Source: Malacoraja senta (taxonomy: Eukaryota). From it: DNA of 64,000 bases. Shown here piece by piece: positions 37,548 to 48,003 of this stretch. The notes below the pieces were generated by a model that had not been told where the DNA came from, did not search any database, and saw nothing but the letters and a program-made list of their open reading frames with translations. Every line of letters begins with the position of its first letter. Within the stretch, counting starts at the first letter, position 1. Location: contig CM075990.1 of the NCBI GenBank assembly GCA_038087875.1, forward strand, positions 13,952,001 through 14,016,000. The letters are read 5' to 3'. Made by a program: the position numbers and the translations under genes.

Positions 37548-39329
37548 CATTTTCTACCTGTCCTGCTGGTGTTTCCAACATTTTTACTTTCAGGTATAGA
37601 CTTTCCAGATTCGTATGCTCAGGTGTCCAACATACCAACCCATTGTCATTCCAGGCATCAGATCAATAATTCTCTCTCAATTAATAGTTCTATAAAACAG
37701 TTAACCTGAGCTTTATTGTATTGCTGCTAGTGGGAGTTTGCTGTGTTCAAATTGTTTTCCATGTCATAATGGTGCAACACTTCAAAAGCACATTGTTGGC
37801 TGTAACTCACTTCAGAAGCAACGGTAAGGAAAGATGCCAAAAACATACAAATCTCTCTGTCAATCCTGAAGACATTTGGGGTAAATTTAGTACTGCTTAT
37901 TCCTGTGCTGTAGAGTCTCAATGAAATGGATATCATTGCTATTTCACATTAAACGGGCCTTCAGTTCCCAATGCCATAATGTATCTGAAAATATTGTTGG
38001 CTACTTAACAGCATCGCCACAGTAAGTATAACACATGTCCCTACACGATTATCTCTCTTCGAAGCTGAAGATCATCTATAATTCATCCCTTCTAACATCA
38101 GGGATTAGTTTAAGAATTTACACTGTTACCAGTTTAAACTTCAAACCTTATATTCAGGCGGATCTGTATTACCCGGTAGCTCAATTAGAGCTCAATGAAC
38201 GATGCTAATATGAAGTTTTACCTTGAAAGTCCGGACTGATGCTCCTATTGCCTTGCAAGTCGTGTTTGTTACCAGTCATTAGCAAGCCTGGTCCAGAATT
38301 GGACAGTGGATCAAAACCAGTCCCCGAGCTGAAAGAAGAAATGTAACAGATTGTACCCAGCAGCTACATTGGAATGAAAAGAAATGAAATCTGCAATTCA
38401 AAATACAGTGCCTAAATACAACTCCTACGCAGATCGCTTTAATTATCTGTGTCTCACTCAAACTGGGCATTGTTTGGTTGTAAATTGTAAATTCACAACC
38501 TGTGGTGCTCTGAGCTGGAATTAAACTGAACGCTAATTCTGAGTGCCTTTCAGGGCTGATTGCAGGAATACTTCGTTACTACCTGCTATGAGTTCTCTAA
38601 AAGGAATTCCAAGCCTCGTCTACAATGACTGTCAAGAAAATATATTTCACTAACAGTATGTGGTTGTGCTCTCTTTCTTTGTAAATTATTGGAAATTAAA
38701 TTAAAAGCTAAGGTAGACAAAAACGCTGGAGAAACTCAGCGGGTGTGGCAGCATAAGACTGGTTTCGGCCCGAAACGTTGCTTATTTCCTTCGCTCCATA
38801 GATGCTGCCTCACCCGCTGAGTTTCTCCAGCATTTTTGTCTATCTTCGATTTTCCAGCATCTGCATTTCCTTCTTAAACTTAAAAAGCTAATTGACTCTT
38901 CATCCTCAGCATGTTTTGAATGGGCTTAATAACACTGATTATTAATACCAGTAACGTACAGCATATATGTAACATGCTTGCTCTATCAAACCTTCTTTGT
39001 TCTTCAATGAAACTAAGGGAGCCGGGCAAGATGTAAAATTGGTCTAACATTTTACTATAAGAACCCAAGAAGAAGGACAGGAGAAAGCAGTCTGAAGGAG
39101 AGTTCTAACCCGAAACATCACCTCTCATTTTTCTTCAGAGATGTTACCTGACCCGCTGAGTTACTCCAGTACTTTTAGTCTATCTTAGAAGAAAGCCATT
39201 TAGCCCCTCAAGCCCATTCTGCTGATCAATAAGATCATGGCTGACCTGGCACTTGGTCTCACTTCTGCAACCTCTTGATTCAGCTATTGTCTGCATCTGT
39301 CAGCCTTATCCAGCCTTGTCTCCGACTGA

Positions 39330-39810
39330 GCCCCTACAGATCTCTGGAATTTCTAAACTGTGGCTCGTTCGCGACCACATCTATTCTTTCCCCCACTATT
39401 CCGCTCTCATCCCCACTCTGCCAAGCCACAATGTGTCCTCACCTTCCACTCCACTGGCCTCCACCTTCAACAGATCATTCTCCATCATTTCTGCCGACTT
39501 GAATATGATGCCATGACCTGGCACGTTTCGCTCTCTCCTCCCCATGCTGTATTCCCTTTGTCCACTCCTCCATCTCCACCAACCTCTCCCTTTCTCAGAG
39601 CATTTTCTCATGTAAACAGCAGTAGATGCAACAACTGCCCTTTTATCTTCTCTCCCATCATCCAGGGACACAAACCATCCTTCCAGATGAAACGCCAATT
39701 TACTTGCACCTCTTCTATCCTGCATTCAGTGCCAAAGGTAGGGTCTCCACTACAATGGCAGATTGGATGACTGCTTTGCACTCCATCAAGTCCACAGGGT
39801 AATCCTGAGA
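39330..39810 (+). mobile_element. Old Penelope-like fragment
   Basis: RCNNCPF...IQGHKPSFQMKRQFTCTSS matches RCNTCPF...IPGPKQSFQVRQRFTCISS of the 36764 ORF. Confidence 0.8.
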
Positions 39811-40356
39811 TTCTATTTTAATCCCGGTCCCATAGCAGAATCGTCCACGTTCGGGGGCTGGAAACTGGAAGTATCCCGAGCTAATCCTGCTACCACCATC
39901 ATCTATTGCAACAAGTGATGGCTCCCACTGATTGTCGCCGGAAGCTTGCGTCCTTTTCAGGACGGACGATGACAGCGATGTCAACATTTGAAACATGGAA
40001 GGTGGACAAGAAAGAAGATCCCATTCTGACTTCTTCCTTGGAAAACGATAATGAGTTCAACAATTTATATAACTAGCCTAGAAAAATAATTCTAAATATT
40101 TAGTTTAATTTAGAGACACACCGCTTGGCCTATTTAGTTTAGAGATACACCTCTTGGCCCACATGAGCAAAGGTTCCATGGATAGTAGAGTTCCAGGTAC
40201 AGGTCTCAATGTTCTTGGCACTCTCCTTATCCCCATCACAGGGTTCAACAATTTAAATAACCAGCATTGAAAAATAATTCTACATATTTGGTTTAGTTTA
40301 GATACACCCTTTGACCTGTTGAGTCCACACTAAACAATGAGCACCCATACACTAGT

Positions 40357-40703
40357 AATAATAATAATAATGGATGGGATTTATATAGCACCTTTCTAAT
40401 ACTCAAGGCGCTTTACATCGCATTATTCATTCACTCCTCAGTCACACTCGGTGGTGGTGAGCTACTTCTGTAGCCACAGCTGCCCTGGGGCAGACTGACG
40501 GAAGCGTGGCTGCTAATCTGCGCCTACGGCCCCTCCGACCACCACCAATCACTCACACACATTCACACACATTCACACGCAGGCAAAGGTCGGTGAAGTG
40601 TCTTGCCCAAGGACACAACGACAGTATGCACTCCAAGCGGGATTCGAACCGGCTACCTTCCGGTTGCCAGCCGAACACTTAGCCCATTGCGCCATCTGTC
40701 GTC
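40357..40703 (-). mobile_element. Young full-length tRNA-derived CORE-SINE with an L2-type tail, inserted into an HE1 SINE
   Basis: Minus strand: A-box TGGCGCAATGG, B-box GGTTCGAATCC, CORE-like gtgtccttgggcaagacacttcacc, tail gtaaagcgccttgagtattagaaaggtgctatataaat plus (ATT)n. CTAGTA is duplicated at 40352-40357 and 40721-40726. Confidence 0.85.
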
Positions 40704-41242
40704 AAATTCCTATTCCTCCTCTAGTACTATTCCTCACACTAGGGACAATCTACAGAAGCCAATTAGCCTACAAACCTGCACGTCTTTGGAATGTGGAAGG
40801 AAGCCGGAGCACCTGGGGAGAACACAAGCTGTCACAGGGAGAATATAGTAACTCCCCACAGACAGCACCCGTAGTCAGGATTGAACCCGGGTCTCTGGCG
40901 CTGTAAGGTAACAACTTTACCGCTACGCCCCTGTGCCCCCCCAAATATGTCTGAAACAAAATATTGTAAGTGTGTCATCCTGCTGGAACTTGGTCTTTCA
41001 GTTTATGATTGCCACTCGATCTTTTACTTGCTCTGTCCTTGCTGGCAGACGGTATTTCACTTACACACGTTAAGTGTGGATGTTCTGCGGACAGAATTGA
41101 AGCAAAGGTTTAATGGATAGAAGAGTGTCAGGTGTTGGTCTCAAGGCTCTTAGCACTCTGCGTACCCTGGACCAAGCATGGGTGCCCCATATGAGCAAAG
41201 GTTCCGTGGATAGAAGAGTTCCAGGTACTGGTCTCAATGTTC

Positions 41243-41331
41243 AAGAAGGAACTGCAGATGCTGGAAAATCGAAGGTAGACAAAATTGCTGGAGAAAGTCA
41301 GCGGGTGCGGCAGCATCTATGGAGCGAAGAC
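41243..41331 (-). mobile_element. Short Penelope terminal fragment with a 16-bp TSD
   Basis: Flanked by ACTGGTCTCAATGTTC (41227-41242) and ACTGATCTCAATGTTC (41332-41347). Confidence 0.8.
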
Positions 41332-42670
41332 ACTGATCTCAATGTTCTTGGCACTCTGCTCATCCCCATCAGAGGAGCTACGAATTCCTCCTTGGCTCAT
41401 TGCTACTGCCTATCGGCTCTAGGCTTACAGAGAACGTTTTAATCCAAGATTTGCTTTTACCTTGATTACAACCTTCAAACAAGTCTCACTGCAAATTCTG
41501 CAGCAGCAGTGAAACCAAGCACAGCATGGAGGTCTACGCTCTGGAATCACTCCGAGACATCTCAAGCCCCGTTGTGTCAATCTGTTCCTGTGAAGGTAGA
41601 TCAATCAAGCAGTGGGAACTGCTCGAGGCTCCCTCCAATCACCTTCTCCACGAACCAGCCTATAAATACCACGAGTACAGGAACAGAAACAGAAAATGAT
41701 GAAAATGCTCAGCAAGCCTCAGCCTCCGTGGAGAGTTAATATTCGGAGTCAATAATCTTTCATCAGTCTGCTTCGAGTCGGAGGCTGGGTAATGGAGTCT
41801 GAGTAATAGCCAGCTTGACTCAGTTCCATCATCAATGATAGACGTTAGGAATGTGATGGGGAACTCTTTATTGCTCGGTGAATGTGATGCCTACAACAGG
41901 ACAAATCAGTCCACCTCATTGTCAACTCAATCAGCACAGTCCAATACCAGCCTAACAGCTTCAGTGGCTATCTTCCATGTGATACTATGCAGCACCTTGT
42001 CAATGGTGTCATAGAGTAAAACAGGTCTTTGGAAATAGATCTTTAAGCCCATTGAATCCATGCTGACTATCAACCACCCAGGTTCACTAATCCTATATTA
42101 GTCCCATTTTTTTAAATTCTCCCCATGTTCTCATCTACACACAAGGAGAATGAGCATAGCAATCTCCATTGATGTGGGACATGGGGGGGGGGAAACTGGA
42201 GCACCCGAGGAAAACTCACGAAGTCACAGGCAGATTATATGGATTCACACAGAATGGACACAAGGTCAGGTTTGAACTCAGTTCTCCAGTGGTGGGCAGC
42301 AGCATCTCTACAATGTGTCATAGAGTTACACAGTATTCAACTTGTCCATGACGTTCAAGGCATATTGGGCTTTTTCCATTTGCTTGCATTTTCCCCAGAA
42401 GCCACCGTCACAGTGGTGCAGCGGTAGAGTTGCTGCCTTACAGCGCTTGCAGCACCAGAGTCCCGGGTTCGATCCCGACTACAGGTGCTGTCTGTACGGA
42501 GTTTGTACGTTCTCCCTGTGACCTGCGTGGGTTTTCTCCGAGATCTTCGGCTTACCTCCAACACTCCAAAGATGCACAGGCATGTAGGTTAATTGAAGGT
42601 ACACAAAAATGCTGGAGAAACTCAGCGGGTGCAGCAGCATCTATGGAGCGAAGGAAATAGGTAACGTTTC

Positions 42671-42870
42671 NNNNNNNNNNNNNNNNNNNNNNNNNNNNNN
42701 NNNNNNNNNNNNNNNNNNNNNNNNNNNNNNNNNNNNNNNNNNNNNNNNNNNNNNNNNNNNNNNNNNNNNNNNNNNNNNNNNNNNNNNNNNNNNNNNNNNN
42801 NNNNNNNNNNNNNNNNNNNNNNNNNNNNNNNNNNNNNNNNNNNNNNNNNNNNNNNNNNNNNNNNNNNNNN
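42671..42870. other. Assembly gap (200 N)
   Basis: Run of N, with a Penelope terminus on the left and a young CR1 3' end on the right. Confidence 1.
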
Positions 42871-43050
42871 TGGCTATATTTAAGAGGGAGTTAGATGTGG
42901 CCCTTGTGGCTAAAGGGATCAGGGGTATGGAGAGAAGGCAGGTACGGGATACTGAGTTGGATGATCAGCCATGATCGTATTGAATGGCGGTGCAGGCTCG
43001 AAGGGCCGAATGGCCTACTCCTGCACCTAATTTCTATGTATCTATGTATC
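42871..43050 (+). mobile_element. Young CR1 3' end, nearly identical to 25114-25290
   Basis: tggctatatttaagagggagttagatgtggcccttgtgg... with a (CTATGTAT)n tail. Confidence 0.92.
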
Positions 43051-43051
43051 T

Positions 43052-43243
43052 AGGAGAAGACATGATACAACAAGCCCACGGTCGCCGACTGTCGCCGAAA
43101 AGTATGGAACATTTCAAAATCCAGCGGCGACCAGAAATACGCTACGACTCTTTGCGCGACTGAGGAGACTACTCACGACCATCCAGGCGACAGCCTAGTC
43201 ACCAGCAGTCGCCTAAAAAAATCGCCTAAGTGGGACAGGCCCT
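43052..43243. mobile_element. Harbinger-type MITE family B, right half
   Basis: Ends ...ATCGCCTAAGTGGGACAGGCCCT followed by TAA. Interior matches 51770-51981. Confidence 0.8.
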
Positions 43244-44114
43244 TAACTCTGACTGAGGCTGCGTTCATTTTATTCAACCACATGGGTGTGTGGATTGGTG
43301 GGATTCTTTGTAGACATCTATATCCATCTATTGGCAGTCTCTTTATTCTGATCAGATGTTTTACACCAGTGGACTCAGGATAAAGAGCCCTTGTAATGTT
43401 ATTTCATTGTATTGAATCATCCCGTCTCCCACTTCACGATAGAACACTCTTCAAAATTAGCATCACATTGAACAACAGGCTAAAAATAAATGAAATATGC
43501 ATGTGTATTTGTATAGTCAGTATTTAAATTAAGGAAAAGCTTTGATCAGTAAGAACTATTTCCACTGACAAAGGGGCCAATGATAAGAAACAGATTAAAC
43601 ATCGGGAGGCAAAAAGAGAATTTAAATGTGCAGTGAATTGTTATAATTTGAAATGCCTTGCCTGAAAGGTCAGTAGGAAGTCAATACTAACTTTCAAAAA
43701 GAAATGAATATGTACACAACAACTGCATTCAATTGTGATAGAGTGAAATGGGACAGTTAGCTCTTTCAAAGAAGCAGAGCATGTATAATGGGCTGCTTTG
43801 TTTGTGGTTACCTCTCCATCTCTCCTCCACTTTAGCATGCACGCTAACATTACACTATTGACAAAACCTTTCATCACTTGTACCCCTATCTCTGTAACAA
43901 AAACAGAACATACTCTGCAGCTCACGAAGCAACTGTGGAGGGTGAAACAGATTTTAGACAATAGACATAGTCAATAGACAATAGGTGCAGGAGTAGGCCA
44001 TTCGGCCCTTCGAGCCAGCACCGCCATTCACTGTGATCATGGCTGATACAATATGGAAACAGGCCCTTCAACCCATCGGGTCTGCGTCGACCAGCAATCC
44101 CTGCACATTAATAC

Positions 44115-44223
44115 CCACTACCGAGTGTGACTGAGGAGTGAATGAATAATGCGATGTAAAGCGCCTTGAGTATTAGAAAGGCGCTATATAAATCCCATCC
44201 ATTATTATTATTATTATTATTAT
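44115..44223 (+). mobile_element. 5'-truncated copy of the CORE-SINE at 40357, inserted into an HE1 SINE fragment
   Basis: Near-identical reverse complement of 40357-40455, ending in (ATT)n. Confidence 0.85.
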
Positions 44224-44739
44224 CCTACTCACACAGATTTAGTATAGATGACCCAAAATGTCACCTGTTACTTTTCTCCAGAAATGCTGCCTGACCCACT
44301 GAGTTACTCCAGCATTTTGTGTCTATACTTAGTATGTTGATAGGGCATCAATGTGAAACCCTCGCTCTGTTTTACTCTCAACAGATGCTCCCCAACCATC
44401 AGTACTTTCTGTTTCCATTTCAGATTTCCAGCATCTGCAATGTGTTACTTTTCAATTATGGCATTTTTCATTCTGCCATCGAATAGTGTAAATATCACTG
44501 AACTAATCCCAGTGTTTGCTTTTTTTAATCGCGGCTTTATTAACACGTTTACTTTGAGCAGGCCACATCTTCAACCTGCAAGCAGTCTGGGATAGAAATT
44601 ACTTTTTCCATATTTTATACATACACCTTAAAACAAGGAGATTCGGGTTCACAGTATATTGGAACCTTATGCATTATTTTACTTTGAAATATATCTATCT
44701 ATATGTGGCTTGGTGATGAATTTTATTTTCTGCTGCTCC

Positions 44740-45103
44740 TAGATTATTAACGGCTTGGACACGCTGGAGGCAGGAAGCATGTTCCCGATGTTGGTGGAGT
44801 CCATAACCAGGGGCCACAGTTTAAGAATAAGGAGTAAGCCATTTAGAACGGAGACGAGGAAACACTTTTTCTCACAGAGAGTTGTGAGTGTGTGGAATTC
44901 TCTGCCTCAGAGGGCGGTGGAGGCCGGTTCTCTGGATGATTTCAAGAGAGAGCTAGATAGGGCTCTTAAAAATAGCAGAATCAGGGGATATGGGGAGAAG
45001 GCAGGAACGGGGTACTGATTGGGGATGATCAGCCATGATCACATTAAATGGCTCGAAGGGCCAAATGGCCTACTCCTGCACCTATTGTCTATTGTCTATT
45101 GTC
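44740..45103 (+). mobile_element. CR1 LINE 3' end
   Basis: ORF 44755-45018 (TRGHSLRIRS...QRVVSVWNSLP...GYGEKAGTGY) with a (CTATTGT)n tail. Confidence 0.9.
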
Positions 45104-45664
45104 ATAGTACGTTTTGGAATTGTTTTCTGCAAGTTAAGTGTGGGAGAAATTCAGGCTATGATTCTATGACATTACCCCTGCAGTAATGGTATTAGAAAGG
45201 AGCTTAATATATGCACAAACCAGCAGCCAGAACAAACAAATCAACTTCTCCCAAAATAAATAAACTTATGGAGTAAAAGCCAGCTAGAAATCTGATTTTC
45301 AGGGGCTCAAAGAGAGACAGGCTAGGCAATAAAAAAAACGGATCTTGTATTGAAAGGGTTGAATCATTTATTCAACATCTTGTGTTGTTTTTCAGGTAAG
45401 CAGGTGGAGAAATTCAGCTGTATTTGCTGGCACTAAAAGAAGAGGAAAGACTTGCCCCTAGATTCGATTCACCTCCTTCACATTTATTTCCTTTGAAAAG
45501 ACAGAAGCAGATAAGTGAAGGTCATTGGACACACTGCCAATGTTCCCACGTGTCTAGTGTTGCCAATTATTGATGAATTCCTCGCTCTGTATTCTGCAGC
45601 TTATACGCCGACTACACTGTAATTCAGAAGGCCAGCTGATTTGGATTTCACACAACTATGTTGA

Positions 45665-46018
45665 GAAAGTGTATAAATTCGTGAGAGGAATAGATCGGGT
45701 CTCTTGCCCAGAGTAGATGAATCGAGGACCAGAAGACATAGGTTTAAGGTGAAGGGGAAAAGATTTAATAGAGATCTAAGGTGTAACTGTTTCACACACT
45801 GGGTGGTGGGTGTATGGAACAAGCTGCTACAGAAGGTAGTTCAAGCTGGGACTATGCCAACGTTTAAGAAACAATTAGACAGGTACATGGATAGGACAGG
45901 TTTGGAGGGATATGGACTAAACATGGGCAGGTGGGACTAGTGTAGCTGGGACATGTTGGCCGGTGTGGTCAAGTTGGGCTGAAGGGACTGTTTCCACGCT
46001 GTATCACCCTATGACTCT
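45665..46018 (+). mobile_element. CR1/HER1 LINE 3' end (similar copy at 56945-57430, split by a Penelope fragment at about 57141-57235)
   Basis: ORF 45704-45940 reads SRTRRHRFKVKG...WVVGVWNKL...FKKQLDRYM. Confidence 0.85.
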
Positions 46019-47570
46019 ACCGCTGCACCACTTTGCCACCCTGGATAGAACGGCCACACCAAGAAAGCACTGAAGAGGTTATTCACTGAAGGATATTAGT
46101 GAAATGGATGGATTTTAAGATTAAAATGTGGTTTTATATGTGGTATTTATCATTATTATCTTGCATTTTTTCATTAAATTCTATATTTATTTAATTGAAC
46201 AAATTATATCATGGCGATGGTGGGATTTGAACTTCTGTCTTGGGATTAATGGTCCAGACTCTGATTACTAGCCCAGTAATCCAACCACAGCCCCACTGCT
46301 TTTAATTACTCAGCTCAGTAAAGCACAAATTTTTAAAAGTGTTTTTAAAAAATTGATTTTTAGAAAAACAGCGTGGAAACATGCACTTTGGCCCACCGGG
46401 TCCACGCCGAACATCACATTAGTTCAATGTTGTCCCACTTTTTCATCCACTCACTACACAAGTACACACTATTTACATAAGCCACATACAGGGAAACTGA
46501 AGCACCTGAAGGAAACCCATGCAGTGACAGGTACAACGTGCACACTCCACATAGACATCAGCCAAGGTCAAGATCGAAATCGGGTCTCTGTCGCTGTGAG
46601 GTAGCAGCTCTACCAGTTGTGCTACTGTGCTGCCCTTTTAAGAGAAACGCCTTACTATGTTTGTCTAGTGTCCTGGAGATGTGCCTAAAATTTCCAGAAA
46701 CCTCTGGGTAGTCAGGAAGAGTTGGCAACCATACCTACACGGTCAGTACTGCCAATATGTATTCCACTAAGAATTGTCGGGCCCTTCATTAATTTTTGAC
46801 TTTGATCAATCAACTGGCATAGAGTCACACAACGTGGAAACATATTCTTCAGCCCACTGAGCCCACTAACCATCAGAATCGCATTTACACTCATTCTGCA
46901 CAAATCCTGTTTTATTCTTCCCACAGTTCCCCAACTATCTCCCCATATTCCAAACCTGGGGCCGCTCTCAGAGTTTGAACCCGGCCCAGTCGACTGATCT
47001 GTGGGATGATTCAGAGAGAATTTGCTCTTCATTTCCAATGACTCCTTATTGCCCAGGCATTTCCTGAACAGGTATTCCTGTGCACTTGCTAATCGGAGAT
47101 ATGGCAATAGTCAAGTTTTTTTTTTAGTTTTATAGATACAAGAGCAGAAACAGGCCCTTCGGCCAACCGAGTCCACACCGACCAGCGATCCCCACACATT
47201 AACACTGCCCTACATATGCTGGGGACAATTTTGCATTTATACCAAGCCAATTAACCTTCAAACCTGTACGTCTTTGGAGTGTGGGAGGAAACCAAAGATC
47301 TTGGAGAAAACCCAAGCTGGTCACGGGGGATGGTACAAACTCCGTACAGATGGCACCTGGCATTAGGATCCAACCCGGGTCTCTGGCGCTGCAAGGCAGC
47401 AATTCTAACACTAGGGGACTGTTAGTAAGATAAAGAATTTCACTGTTAGCTCTTCGCACGTGTGACAATAAAAGCATTGTTGATATTCTTACAATATTCT
47501 TACTCTGAAGGCAATTTATGGCTTTGGACTGTGGGAAGAAAGGGGAACCTGGAGGAAACTCACATGATCA

Positions 47571-48003
47571 TAGTTTTTTTTAAATACAAAATGATTTTAT
47601 TCAAAACAAACAAAAATACAGAGTAGTAACACGCTACCTATATTGGTAGTTTACGAACAAACAGTTATCAAATTAATATATAGGCAACTTTATCAATAAT
47701 ACACTCGACCTCCCGTGGCGACCAGCGTTCACGGACGGCCTCCAGGATCCCCGTGGACACCACGTGTTCCCTCTGCAGGGACACGTGGGCACGGACGTAG
47801 GCCCGGAAAAGGGGCAGGCAGCCGTCCCCGGTGTGGGCGTCCACTACCCGCTGCCTGGACCCGCGAATGGCCATCTTGGCCAGGCCCGGGAGCAGACCGC
47901 AGGGAGACACCCCCCCCCCGCCCTCCCTCTGTACCAAGTGCACAAATATCAGGAGTATGGGGCTAAAATGTAGCCAAACCCTGAGGAGCAGCCCCTTCAG
48001 ATA
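47571..48003 (-). mobile_element. Tx1-type (L1 clade) LINE 3' fragment inserted into an HE1 SINE
   Basis: Peptide FSPILLIF...GLLPGLAKMAIRGSRQR...LFRAYVRA resembles the Tx1 ORF2 C-terminus. Minus-strand AATAAA and poly(A). 10-bp TSD CACATGATCA at 47561-47570 and 48004-48013. Confidence 0.75.

Noticed and set aside
42609..42974. 121-aa ORF
   Set aside because: Reads through the N gap and joins Penelope and CR1 fragments.
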